Positions 8,771 through 18,291 of a stretch of 64,000 nt of DNA are shown here, piece by piece. The translations under genes and the position numbers were made by a program. Below the pieces are notes generated by a model. That model ran no database searches and was not told the DNA's origin. It saw only the letters and a list, made by a program, of their open reading frames with translations. The DNA comes from Burkholderiales bacterium (GTDB lineage: Bacteria; Pseudomonadota; Gammaproteobacteria; Burkholderiales; JACQAP01). How positions within the stretch are numbered: the first letter of the stretch is position 1; every line of letters starts with the position of its first letter. Where the stretch lies: assembly GCA_045810225.1 (NCBI GenBank), contig JBJMWI010000138.1, positions 23 to 64,022 on the forward strand, written 5' to 3'.

Positions 8771-10045
8771 ATGATCGCTTATCGCGATGAACTCAAAGCA
8801 GTTGCCATCCCTGCACTGGTGCTGCTGGTGATGGGCATTGTGGCGATGACGAGTCATAGACTGCCTGCTTCGCTGGGCACCTTCGGCGTGTTCGGGCCTT
8901 ACACCGTACTCCCGATCGCCACTGCGATCGCCCTGTGGTTCAACCGCGGCCGGGCATTTATCGCACTCATTTCCCTGTTGGTGGCATTTGCGGCTTTCCG
9001 CATTTCACTGAACTTCGGAGAATTCCCGGTGCATGCGGTGCTGACTGCCGCGGCGATTTTTGTGCCCGCCAATATTCTGGCCGTGCTGATATTGCCGGAA
9101 CGCGGCATCGTCTACTTCCGCAATTATCGGTGGGCGCTGCTCGGAGCAATCGAAATATTGCTAACGACCTGGGTGGCTACCGCCGGACTCACGACGCTTT
9201 CAGGCACATCCTGGCATGAAGCGCTGAACCATTGGCTGCTGCGGGCAACGCCAACGCCCTTGCTAGGGCGGCTGTTCATGGCAGCCGCTTTGATCATGGC
9301 GCTCCACAGGGCGTGGACTAATTTTTCCCCTCTGGAAGTCGGCATGGTCGGGGCGGTGATCGCTTTCTTCATTGCGTGCGAGTGGCCGAACCATGCCGCG
9401 GTCTACGGCATCTTCATTTTTGCCGCTGGCACCATATTGCTGCTTGCGGTGCTGCAGGAATCGCATCGCCTGGCTTTCCGCGATGAACTTACCAGTCTGC
9501 CCAGCCGCCGCGCCCTGCAGGAAAAGCTGCCCGCGCTCGGCCCTGCGTACACCATAGCGATGGTCGACGTCGACCATTTCAAGCAGTTCAACGACACACA
9601 CGGTCATGACATTGGCGATCAGGTGCTGAAGCTGGTGGGCGCGCGTCTGGCTGCAATAGAGGGTGGCGGAAAGGCGTTTCGTTATGGCGGAGAGGAATTC
9701 GCGGTGCTGTTCTCCGACTGTAAGATAGACGAAGTAATTCCTTATCTGGAAGCCCTGCGGCGCAGTATCGAAGGCTACAAGATGGCGGTACGCAGCGACC
9801 AGCAGCGCCGCAGCGAACCGCGCAAGAACAGCGACCGCCGCAACCGAGCCCAATCCTCTTTCGCGTTAAGTCTGACCGAACCGCCAGCATTGCGCACGAA
9901 TCGCTCGGAACAGCTTTCGGTAACCGTCAGTATCGGCGCCGCGCAACGCAGCCAATTGCTGACGACGCCGGAAAGCGTTATCCGGGCGGCGGATGAAGCG
10001 CTCTACCGAGCGAAAGAAGCCGGACGCAACCGGGTCAGTACCTGA
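8771..10045 (+). CDS. Membrane-bound diguanylate cyclase (GGDEF domain)
   Basis: The ORF is trimmed to MIAYRDELKAV at 8771. The N-terminal part (about 270 aa) is multi-TM. The C-terminal GGDEF domain has an active-site RYGGEEFAVLF and MVDVDHFKQFNDTHGH. Confidence 0.85.
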   Translation: MIAYRDELKAVAIPALVLLVMGIVAMTSHRLPASLGTFGVFGPYTVLPIATAIALWFNRGRAFIALISLLVAFAAFRISLNFGEFPVHAVLTAAAIFVPANILAVLILPERGIVYFRNYRWALLGAIEILLTTWVATAGLTTLSGTSWHEALNHWLLRATPTPLLGRLFMAAALIMALHRAWTNFSPLEVGMVGAVIAFFIACEWPNHAAVYGIFIFAAGTILLLAVLQESHRLAFRDELTSLPSRRALQEKLPALGPAYTIAMVDVDHFKQFNDTHGHDIGDQVLKLVGARLAAIEGGGKAFRYGGEEFAVLFSDCKIDEVIPYLEALRRSIEGYKMAVRSDQQRRSEPRKNSDRRNRAQSSFALSLTEPPALRTNRSEQLSVTVSIGAAQRSQLLTTPESVIRAADEALYRAKEAGRNRVST

Positions 10046-10184
10046 ATACCCGGCGCCAGATTATTTCACACCGTACTTTGCGCGGTAATGCTGGCCCAGC
10101 ACCTTGCGATTTTGCCGGTTGACTTGATCATTTCGCCGGGCGGGTTTCCTGGTTCCAACAGCCCCCGCCACCGGCATGCCTGGT

Positions 10185-11738
10185 TTAGCGCGCTTGTCCT
10201 TCACCGATTTCGCCTTGCAACTGTGCCCGCAACTCGCTCTTCAGCACCTTGCCATAGTTGTTCTTGGGCAAGTCCTGCACGAAGCGATAACTTTTCGGCC
10301 GCTTGAAGCGTGCAATATGGTCAAGACACAACGCATCCAGTTCCTGCTCGAGAACAGTTGCGCCCTCATTGACCACCACGAAAGCAATGACCTCCTCACC
10401 CCATTCTGGATGCGGCCGGCCCACCACGGAAACTTCACTGACCGCCGTATGGCGCAGCAGCACTTCTTCGACTTCGCGCGGATAGATGTTGGATCCACCG
10501 GTAATGATCAGGTCCTTCGAGCGATCACGTAAAGTCAGAAAACCGTCCGCATCAAAAGAACCGACGTCGCCGGTATGCAGCCAGCCGTTGCGCAAGGTTT
10601 CGCTGCTCGCCTGCGGATTTTGCCAATACCCGCTCATGACGGTCTCCCCCCGCACGAGGATTTCGCCGATTTCTTCCTCGGGCAGCGACCGGTCCTCTGC
10701 ATCTGCAACACGGACTTCAACGGGCGGCTGAGCAATCCCGACCGACGCCAGCCGTTGTTCATAGCGCGGTTGATTGCGGTCGATGAGCTGCGCTTTCGAC
10801 ACTGCGGTAATGGTCATGGGCGATTCGCCCTGCCCGTAAATTTGCGCAAAGCGCGGCCCAAGCGTATCGAGCGCGCTAAGTATGCCCTGCAGGTACATCG
10901 GCCCCCCGCCGTAGACGATCGTCTTCAAACCGTGCAACACGGGCGCGTGCGCGCGGGCATGCGCAACCAGGCGATGCACCATGGTGGGCGCCGCGAACAT
11001 CGTCACGCCGCTCCAGCACCGGCACAGGTCAAAGATTTCTGCAGCATCAAAATGTCCGCTTTCCGGAATAACCTGATTCGCGCCGACCAGCGTATGCGGA
11101 AAATTGTATTGACCCGATCCATGCGACATCGGCGCGGCATGCAGCACGCAATCAACCACGCTGATGGTGTCGACGGCAGCGAAATAAGCCAGCGACATGG
11201 ACAAGATATTGCGATGCGTGAGCATCACGCCCTTCGGGCGTCCGGTAGTGCCGCTGGTGTAAAACAGCCAGGCGATTTCTTCAGGGCCCGTCTGGTGCAT
11301 GGCGATGGCGGGTTGCGCGCGGTACAGCGTCCGATAGTCAGCCGAACTGACATCGATTACGCGTTCGAGCGCTGGCAGTTCAGCGCGCAGGTCCTCTACT
11401 GCCGAAGCAAGCCCGGAAGACGCGAAGCAGACCCTCGCGCCCGAGTCGCGCAAGATGTACTCAAGCTCCTTTGGATGCAATTTTGAATTCATTGGCACGG
11501 TCGTCAGCCCCGCATGCCAAGCCGCGTACCAGATTTCGACGTACTCGGGACAATTGACCATCGCCAGCGCAACCCGGTCGCCGGGAAGCAGTGCGAGCAC
11601 GTGGCGGAATGCGCCCGCCATTGCGGCCACTCGCCGCATCAGCTCGCCATAGGACAGCCATACCGTGTCGCCGAGCGAAACCGCGGGGCGGGCGGGAAAC
11701 GTACGTGCCGAACGCGCCAGGAAATTCGCGATATTCAT
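10185..11738 (-). CDS. AMP-dependent acyl-CoA synthetase/ligase
   Basis: 517 aa with the AMP-binding signature LFYTSGTTGRPKGVMLTH and the downstream motifs GWLHTGD and GKVLK. Confidence 0.9.
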   Translation of the reverse strand: MNIANFLARSARTFPARPAVSLGDTVWLSYGELMRRVAAMAGAFRHVLALLPGDRVALAMVNCPEYVEIWYAAWHAGLTTVPMNSKLHPKELEYILRDSGARVCFASSGLASAVEDLRAELPALERVIDVSSADYRTLYRAQPAIAMHQTGPEEIAWLFYTSGTTGRPKGVMLTHRNILSMSLAYFAAVDTISVVDCVLHAAPMSHGSGQYNFPHTLVGANQVIPESGHFDAAEIFDLCRCWSGVTMFAAPTMVHRLVAHARAHAPVLHGLKTIVYGGGPMYLQGILSALDTLGPRFAQIYGQGESPMTITAVSKAQLIDRNQPRYEQRLASVGIAQPPVEVRVADAEDRSLPEEEIGEILVRGETVMSGYWQNPQASSETLRNGWLHTGDVGSFDADGFLTLRDRSKDLIITGGSNIYPREVEEVLLRHTAVSEVSVVGRPHPEWGEEVIAFVVVNEGATVLEQELDALCLDHIARFKRPKSYRFVQDLPKNNYGKVLKSELRAQLQGEIGEGQAR

Positions 11739-11793
11739 GATGGGGCGTGAATATCGTGCCCCGCGTCGCGCGGCACGATATTCGCGGCCGTTC

Positions 11794-12642
11794 TCATCCC
11801 GCGCTGCCGGAGCTTACGCCCAGTCCGCCGGCATAACGGCGTTTCCAGATATCGTGGCCGTGCAGCAGGTCATTCTTGCGTGATTTGTCTTCACCACGCA
11901 TGAGCCACAATGGCTGGTCGTAAATATTGAACGGCGATTTGTCGCGGCGCTGGTCGCGCAGTGACCTGTCGTAGTGCGAAGTTCCGGGCATGTAGCGCAT
12001 GATCAATGCTGCCCGGCGCTGCCCCGACGTATTGGCCAGAGAACCATGGATCATGCGCACGTCGTGCAGTGACATCTGGCCTGGCTCAAGCTCAACGTTG
12101 ACCGCCTTGCGTTCATCGAACTGGCTCGAATCCAGCTCAAGATTCAGCACCAGGTTTTCGCGATCGCTGACATGGTGCTTGTACAGTTCCTTGCGTTGAT
12201 GGGAGCCCGGGATGAAACGCATGCAGCCGTTCGCCACTGAAACGGGATCGATGGCAATCCACACCGAACATGTCGCCAGCGGGCGCATCGGCCAGTATTC
12301 CCCGTCCTGATGCCAGGGCACTTCCCTGCCTTTGACGGGCGGCTTGCATAGAATCCGGCTGATCCACAGCACGATGTCCGGCCCGATGATCTGCTCGATC
12401 ATGTCGAGTATGGCCGGGTGGCGCGCCGCGGCCATAAACGGATTCATATCCGGGCCGCTGACAGGCGGAAGCATGTGGGGGTTAGCCAGATCTTCCTGCG
12501 CCACATCGGTGTACGCGGCAAGCAGCTGGTCCAGACTCTTGCGCAGCTGTTGCAACAGTGGATCGGGCAGCCGGTAGCGGGGCAAAACGTAACCATGTTC
12601 CTTATAGTGCGCAAGTTCGTCGGCGCTCAGTACCGCATTCAT
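11794..12642 (-). CDS. Phytanoyl-CoA dioxygenase (PhyH) family Fe(II)/2OG oxygenase
   Basis: 282 aa. It shows a PhyH-like pattern: YKEHGYVL, WHQDGEYW (HxD) and a distal HGS. Confidence 0.8.
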   Translation of the reverse strand: MNAVLSADELAHYKEHGYVLPRYRLPDPLLQQLRKSLDQLLAAYTDVAQEDLANPHMLPPVSGPDMNPFMAAARHPAILDMIEQIIGPDIVLWISRILCKPPVKGREVPWHQDGEYWPMRPLATCSVWIAIDPVSVANGCMRFIPGSHQRKELYKHHVSDRENLVLNLELDSSQFDERKAVNVELEPGQMSLHDVRMIHGSLANTSGQRRAALIMRYMPGTSHYDRSLRDQRRDKSPFNIYDQPLWLMRGEDKSRKNDLLHGHDIWKRRYAGGLGVSSGSAG

Positions 12643-12875
12643 ATTGTTTCCAGCAAAAGAGGGAGAATGATGCTAGCACAAGCTCCGGGGGCGATAAGGT
12701 GAGCGCCGCGCGCATTGCAGCGGTTGGCGTTCCGAACGGGGTCGCGGTAAGCGGCCTAATGCGGTAGGCTTTCGTCCCCCGGCAGCGACACGGCTCATCG
12801 CCATGCCAGGCCAAGCGGATGCCGACCGGGACAAAAAAACATCCGCGCACATAGTCGAACAACAGGGAGACGGAC

Positions 12876-13415
12876 ATGAAACCATTAGAACTATTCAGCG
12901 CATTGATCATCGCCGCTGTGGCCGCGCCAGCGCTTGCCGCCGAAGCACCCGAAATGAGCGTCGAGCATTCCATTGTGATCAATGCACCGGCTGAAGCGGT
13001 GTGGGCCGTCGTCAGCGACTTCAATGGCTTGCCGCGCTGGCTGCCCGTCATCGTCGAGAGCCGGCTGATCCTGGGCAAGAACCGCGAAGTTGGCGCCATC
13101 CGGGAACTCACGCGCGCCAATGGCACGAAGGTTCAGGAAAAGCTGATTTCATATGAACCGTGGAATATGTCGCTCGGGTACACGTATATCGGCGGCCAGG
13201 TCGGCGCGACCGATTATTTCCCGACGATCGCGGTATCCGAGGACAGCAGCGGCAAAAGCAAAGTGGTCTGGAAAGCACGCTTCAAGCGCGTTGCATACTG
13301 GACTGATGAGCCGCCCGCCGGGCAGGACGATGCCACACCGCTCAACGGCCTCAACAAAGTCTATGCGATGGGTCTGGAAAATCTGAAAAAGGTTGTTGAG
13401 GAAGGCCAGCAGTAA
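12876..13415 (+). CDS. Secreted SRPBCC (START/polyketide-cyclase-like) family protein
   Basis: 179 aa. It has the signal peptide MKPLELFSALIIAAVAAPALAAEA and the SRPBCC-like segment INAPAEAVWAVVSDFNGLPRWLP. Confidence 0.7.
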   Translation: MKPLELFSALIIAAVAAPALAAEAPEMSVEHSIVINAPAEAVWAVVSDFNGLPRWLPVIVESRLILGKNREVGAIRELTRANGTKVQEKLISYEPWNMSLGYTYIGGQVGATDYFPTIAVSEDSSGKSKVVWKARFKRVAYWTDEPPAGQDDATPLNGLNKVYAMGLENLKKVVEEGQQ

Positions 13416-13438
13416 GCGCCGCCTCTGCACATATCGGC

Positions 13439-13470
13439 TGGCCAGCGCATTCGCCGCTGGCCACTTTTTT
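13439..13470 (+). terminator. Rho-independent terminator
   Basis: A 9-bp stem pairs tggccagcg (13439-13447) with cgctggcca (13455-13463) around a 7-nt loop, followed by a T6 run at 13465-13470. It lies 24 nt after the SRPBCC stop. Confidence 0.7.
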
Positions 13471-13486
13471 GCCTTGGGAGAAGACC

Positions 13487-14251
13487 ATGGATGCATTTGC
13501 ACTTGGAGGCAAAGTCGCGATTGTTACCGGCTCCACGCGCGGCATCGGCCGCTCCATCGCGGAGCATCTCGCCAGGGCGGGGGCCAAAGTCGTGATCTCC
13601 AGCCGCAAGGCAGCGGCGTGCCAAGAGGTGGCGCAAAGCATTCGCGCGACGGGAGGCGACGCAATCGCGATCCCTGCCAATATCGGCGACAAAACGCAGC
13701 TGGAAGCGCTGGTAAAAGAAACCCGAAACCAATGCGGAAAAATCGACGTTCTGGTTTGCAATGCGGCCAGCAATCCGTACTACGGATCCATGGCAAACAT
13801 GCCGGACGATGCGTTTAACAAAATCCTGCAGAACAACATCGTCTCCAATCACTGGCTCGCCAACCTGGTACTGCCGGAAATGGCGCAGAGAAAAGATGGC
13901 GTTGTCATCATTGTGTCTTCCATTGGCGGGCTCAAAGGCACGTCGGTGCTCGGCGCATACGCCATTTCCAAGGCTGCCGATATGCAGTTGGCACGCAATC
14001 TGGCGATGGAATGGGGCCCGCAAAATATTCGCATCAACTGCATCGCACCGGGTTTGGTGAAGACTGATTTTGCGCGCGCCTTATGGGAGAACCCCGAAAT
14101 TCTGCAGCGTTACGAATCGCAAACGCCGTTGCGCCGGATCGGCGAACCGGATGACATCGGCGGCATCGCGGTGTTCTTAGCTTCGCGCGCTGCGGCGTTC
14201 GTCACGGGTCAGACCATTGTGGCCGACGGGGGCGTTACCATCGCCGGTTAA
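13487..14251 (+). CDS. SDR family oxidoreductase
   Basis: The ORF is trimmed to MDAFALGGKVAIVTGSTRGIGRS (TGxxxGIG cofactor motif). The catalytic YAISKAA (YxxxK) is present. Confidence 0.9.
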   Translation: MDAFALGGKVAIVTGSTRGIGRSIAEHLARAGAKVVISSRKAAACQEVAQSIRATGGDAIAIPANIGDKTQLEALVKETRNQCGKIDVLVCNAASNPYYGSMANMPDDAFNKILQNNIVSNHWLANLVLPEMAQRKDGVVIIVSSIGGLKGTSVLGAYAISKAADMQLARNLAMEWGPQNIRINCIAPGLVKTDFARALWENPEILQRYESQTPLRRIGEPDDIGGIAVFLASRAAAFVTGQTIVADGGVTIAG

Positions 14252-15183
14252 CTATGCGGCTTCCCGGCCGTATGCAGCAGCGTGTCGACTTCGTCGCGAG
14301 TCGGCGCTCCGCTACGCCCGCCGGGCCGACTGCATTTGATTGCGGCCGCCGCTGCCGCAAACCGGATCGCTTCGCCGATGAGCCGGCCTTCCGCGAGTGC
14401 CAGCGTATAAGCGCCGTGAAACACGTCTCCCGCGCCCAACGTATCAACCGTGGCGACCGGGAAAGCCGGACAGTGCAGCTGTTTCCCAGGTGACATGGCT
14501 TCAATCCAGTCGACGCCTGCCGCGCCCCGCGTCACTGCCGCCATGAGCGCGCCGCGTTCCAGCACGCCGCTCAACGCGGCTGGCGTGTCGTGGCCGCACC
14601 AGGCTTCCAGCCCACGCTCAGAAAAAATCACGTGACTGGCTGCTGCGGCAAGCATATCGAGGGTTTGCACGGGTGCTATCTCGGCGTCGAGCACAGCCGG
14701 GATGCCGGCAGCGCGAGCGGCGCGCAAGGAGCGCAAGGCGCCGTCTGCCCAGCGCACATCCGCAAGTACTGCAGCAGCGCGCCCGATTTGCTCGAGCGGC
14801 AGCCAGTCTGCGGAAGCCTGGAGTGCGCTGCCGCGATATCCGACGACCAGCCGCTCGCCACGCTTATCGATCATGACTGCGGAATGCGAGGAGGTTCTGC
14901 CTTCGAAACGTCTTAGGCCCCGCACATCCACTCCTTCAGCAATGAGCGATGCAGCAATCGCATCCGCAAGCGGATCTTCGCCCGTAGGGCCCCAGAAAAC
15001 GGCTTCGCCACCCAGCCGCGCGATGGCCGCCGCCGCATTGGCGGCCATGCCGCCGCCGCTTTGTGTGAAACCGTGCGCCTCTATCTTGCCGCTATGGGCG
15101 GGCCAGGACTCAACAGCAAACACACCATCGAGTGCGGCGTGTCCAACGCAGATGATCCGCTTGCGCACGCCCCGAGCGCTCAT
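14248..15183 (-). CDS. PfkB-family carbohydrate/nucleoside kinase
   Basis: 311 aa with the ribokinase-like motifs GGGMAANAA and DTLGAGDVFHGAY. Confidence 0.85.
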   Translation of the reverse strand: MSARGVRKRIICVGHAALDGVFAVESWPAHSGKIEAHGFTQSGGGMAANAAAAIARLGGEAVFWGPTGEDPLADAIAASLIAEGVDVRGLRRFEGRTSSHSAVMIDKRGERLVVGYRGSALQASADWLPLEQIGRAAAVLADVRWADGALRSLRAARAAGIPAVLDAEIAPVQTLDMLAAAASHVIFSERGLEAWCGHDTPAALSGVLERGALMAAVTRGAAGVDWIEAMSPGKQLHCPAFPVATVDTLGAGDVFHGAYTLALAEGRLIGEAIRFAAAAAAIKCSRPGGRSGAPTRDEVDTLLHTAGKPHS

Positions 15184-15203
15184 CGTGCCAGGCAGCTAAA
15201 TAG

Positions 15204-16025
15204 TCAGGCTGCTGCCGCCGAACGCATCCCGGCCAGGTATTTGGTCAGCACTTCCTGCTCGGTGCGCGTGCGCTGACTCGCGGGACACGGGAATCGCAGC
15301 AAAAGCGTAATTTTGCCGCCCTCGCCGAGCCGGATGCTCACGCGAGGCTCGGCCGACGGCATTACGATAAATTGCTCGCCTTCCAGTTCGCGCAGCGCGG
15401 CATGCGCGGGCGCTACGAATTCGGAACAGACTGCGTTCGCAACCTCGGCCAGGATACGCCGGGCCGTTTCCACGTCCGCGCCGCCCACCAGCGGAATGCT
15501 GACCATGCCGAGCTGATAATCGCCCAGCCGGGAATAATTCTTCATCGCGTTGGAGACATAGAAGCTGTTCGGAAACTGCACCACCCGGCCGGTGAACAGG
15601 TGTTCCTCGCTCATCTCGAGCACCGTCGTAGACAGCAGTGTCTGGTCGATCACTTCGCCCTTGATGTTATTGATCTCGATGACATCGCCAAAACTGAAAC
15701 TGCCGGAGGTGGTGCGATGGACATAACCCAGCACGGACGTGAACAATTCCTTGCCCGCAATCACCAGCGCGACGCTCAGTGCGGCCAGCGACAGGGCGGC
15801 AGCGCGCAATTCCGTACGCCAGGTGAACACCAGCAAAATGAAGGCGACCAGAAGCGAAAAATTGCGCCAGAACACCGACGCGCGCAGCTTGGTTTCCCTC
15901 GAGAGCCAGCTGCGCCCTCGTAATACGGCGGATATCGCGATGTTGGCCAGGACCACCGCCGATATGATGACAATGGTCCACATCACTTCCGGGCCAATTT
16001 CGTACAGGAAAGAGTCGTTGTTCAT
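15204..16025 (-). CDS. Mechanosensitive ion channel (MscS) family protein
   Basis: 273 aa. Three N-terminal TM helices are followed by the beta-domain segment GDVIEINNIKGEVIDQTLLSTTV, typical of MscS. Confidence 0.85.
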   Translation of the reverse strand: MNNDSFLYEIGPEVMWTIVIISAVVLANIAISAVLRGRSWLSRETKLRASVFWRNFSLLVAFILLVFTWRTELRAAALSLAALSVALVIAGKELFTSVLGYVHRTTSGSFSFGDVIEINNIKGEVIDQTLLSTTVLEMSEEHLFTGRVVQFPNSFYVSNAMKNYSRLGDYQLGMVSIPLVGGADVETARRILAEVANAVCSEFVAPAHAALRELEGEQFIVMPSAEPRVSIRLGEGGKITLLLRFPCPASQRTRTEQEVLTKYLAGMRSAAAA

Positions 16026-16137
16026 GGTTTTTTCTGCAAGGTGACGCGAATGTATAGAAGGCCGGTGGTCAGAGCAACTGTCGAACCCGGCAGGCGCTGC
16101 GTGGTCATACGCGCCATATCCGCAAATAAATCACCAG

Positions 16138-16491
16138 ATGAGTACGGTACAAGTCGATCGATGGGTGGAAATCGCCCGGATGGTTTTTCCCAATGGCGCG
16201 CAGATTACGCATCCGCCGGCAGGTGAATCGGTCTGGTTCAAGGTGAGATGGAAAGTCGGCACCGATCCGAAGCGGCCACACAAGCCCGCCAAGGGCGTGA
16301 ATGTCTATTTCACCCGCGAATTCTGCAAGGCCTACGAACGGCTCGAGCCGGGCAAGCAGTCCGACTGGGATAACAAGGTGCGCGATATGCTGGCGAGCAA
16401 ATACAAGGATTTCGACCCCGACCATAACGCCGCGCACGGTGCTCCGGTACCAGTAGAGTCATGGTTCGTAACCTCCGGTACCGTACGCTGA
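16138..16491 (+). CDS. Hypothetical protein
   Basis: 117-aa ORF with a weak RBS and no recognised motif. It is retained because no competing gene occupies the interval. Confidence 0.4.
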   Translation: MSTVQVDRWVEIARMVFPNGAQITHPPAGESVWFKVRWKVGTDPKRPHKPAKGVNVYFTREFCKAYERLEPGKQSDWDNKVRDMLASKYKDFDPDHNAAHGAPVPVESWFVTSGTVR

Positions 16492-16544
16492 GCGTCGAAA
16501 GAGCGGTCACCAAGGCGGGGCGGTCCCCGCTGCACGACGGAGCG

Positions 16545-17342
16545 CTAGCTTCTGTAGTTCACGCCTTTGCGGTCGAGCATTCGTAATAGGGCCTGCCAGG
16601 CCTTGTTGACCTCAGCGCCGCCCGGTCCCTTGAACTGATCGAAGCCTTTTTTGGCGGTCTGTTCATCGATCAGCCCCGCTTCAACCCGCCCACCGGCCAG
16701 AGCATCGATCTGGATCTGGCACGCGGTATCCAGGTAGTACATCAGCTCGAAGGCTTCGCCAACAGTATCGCCCAACGTCAGCAAACCGTGGTTGCGCAGG
16801 ACCATGGCCTTGGAAGTGGGGCCAAGATCGGCAGCCATGCGCGCTCTCTCGTCAAGTTCCAGCGCGATGCCTTCATAGTCGTGATAAGTCAGCATGCCGT
16901 ACGTTCGCAGCGCATGCTGGCTCAGCGGCAGCAAGCCATGCTTTTGCACCGATACCGCAACGCCGGCACGGGTGTGGGTATGAATTACGCAATTGATCTC
17001 TGGGCGCGCCTCATGCACGCACCCATGGATTACGAAGCCGGCGTAATTGATTCCCAGCCCAGTCGTATCGTCGACGATATTGCCCTCGTGGTCGATTTTG
17101 ACAATGCTCGATGCAGTGATCTCGTCGAACATCAAGCCATAGGGATTGATCAGAATGTGCGGGGAACCGGGCACTCGCGCCGTGAAGTGCGTGAATATCA
17201 GGTCGGTCCAGCGAAACTGCGCAGCAAGTTGATAGGCTGCCGCAAGCTCGCACCGGACTTCCCATTCCTCCGGACTGACGCGGCCGCGTAAACTTCCGGC
17301 CTCGACGGATTTGAGTTTCCTCGCTTTATCGGTCATGTGCAT
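16545..17342 (-). CDS. Class II aldolase/adducin family protein
   Basis: 265 aa with the metal-binding His cluster HGCVHEARPEINCVIHTHT and the segment LRNHGLLTLG. Confidence 0.85.
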   Translation of the reverse strand: MHMTDKARKLKSVEAGSLRGRVSPEEWEVRCELAAAYQLAAQFRWTDLIFTHFTARVPGSPHILINPYGLMFDEITASSIVKIDHEGNIVDDTTGLGINYAGFVIHGCVHEARPEINCVIHTHTRAGVAVSVQKHGLLPLSQHALRTYGMLTYHDYEGIALELDERARMAADLGPTSKAMVLRNHGLLTLGDTVGEAFELMYYLDTACQIQIDALAGGRVEAGLIDEQTAKKGFDQFKGPGGAEVNKAWQALLRMLDRKGVNYRS

Positions 17343-17380
17343 ACTCCTCCTGTCGCAATCATACGCCTGGTCTTGGAACG

Positions 17381-18100
17381 TCAGCCGTCGAGTTCCGGGT
17401 AATGGCGGAAAATGCCATCTTCGTTGAACTCAATCCGTCGCGGCGACGCCAGATATGCCGCGATATTGGGGCGCTGCGCGATCCGGTCATGCAGTCCGAC
17501 CAATCCAGGACAGTCTGGTTCCAGCTTTTTCATGGCCCGGGGAAACGCATAGCGCAAGCCGGCTAGCAACTGGAACATGGACAGGTCGGCATAGCTTCGC
17601 GTATTGCCTGCAAGATAATGTTTACGCTTGCTGCCCGTAGATAGCACCCGTTCGAAGTAGCCCAGGAACTTCGGTATGCGCTCGGTGCGGAAATATTTGC
17701 TGCGACGTCGTGCTTCCTGCTTCTGCTGGCGATAGTAAAGCGATGCCGCAATCGGATGATGCACCTCGTGTACCTCGTCCACGAGATCCGCAATCGTCAA
17801 CTGCAGTTGGTTCACCCACACGCGACCGGCTTCACTACGGGGCGCAAGGTCGTGGCGCGGTCCGAGGTAAAGCAGGATATTGGCGGTCTGGGCAATGAGC
17901 AGCTTGCCGGCCCGCAAGAAAGGCGGCGCAAACGGCGCTCCCGCCAATTTCTCATCATCCAGGAACCGTTCCATCGCCGGCACGCCGCGTCCGGAGCGCC
18001 GCGCGACGTCGATATAGCTCGCACCGGCGTCTTCCAGCGCAAGCCTGATGAATTCTCCGCGTCCCGGAATGGAAGGCCAGTAATAAAGCTCATAGCGCAT
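17381..18100 (-). CDS. Glutathione S-transferase family protein
   Basis: 239 aa. The thioredoxin-like N-terminus YELYYWPSIPGRGEFIRLALEDAG is followed by a helical C-terminal domain. Confidence 0.75.
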   Translation of the reverse strand: MRYELYYWPSIPGRGEFIRLALEDAGASYIDVARRSGRGVPAMERFLDDEKLAGAPFAPPFLRAGKLLIAQTANILLYLGPRHDLAPRSEAGRVWVNQLQLTIADLVDEVHEVHHPIAASLYYRQQKQEARRRSKYFRTERIPKFLGYFERVLSTGSKRKHYLAGNTRSYADLSMFQLLAGLRYAFPRAMKKLEPDCPGLVGLHDRIAQRPNIAAYLASPRRIEFNEDGIFRHYPELDG

Positions 18101-18114
18101 CGATTTCTCCTAAA

Positions 18115-18250
18115 GGTCGTGACGACGTGAAAAACCGGGTTAAAAGCTTGCTTTTGCCGTAACGGTGTCACGGCATCTTCCTTTTTTACGCGTTGCCCGT
18201 GACGGCGTTCTTGTCCTTACCCGTTACGTCGTCACGACCGTCACGACCGT
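18115..18250. repeat. CGTGAC-array inverted-repeat element (about 125-135 bp)
   Basis: A perfect 14-bp inverted repeat pairs ggtcgtgacgacgt (18115-18128) with acgtcgtcacgacc (18226-18239). There is a perfect 9-bp tandem cgtcacgac x2 (18230-18247). Internal GTAAC/GTCAC/GTGAC pentamers sit at 18159, 18167 and 18199. The interior is homologous to 54094-54159. Confidence 0.65.
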
Positions 18251-18291
18251 TATGGGCGCAGCCCGGTATCCCCGAACGGGGGCACGGCCTT

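Noticed and set aside
18115-18239. Interpretation of the CGTGAC inverted-repeat elements as MITEs.
   Set aside because: No target-site duplication flanks either copy (taaa versus gtca at copy A), and no transposase is present in the window. The REP-like or binding-array interpretations are kept instead.
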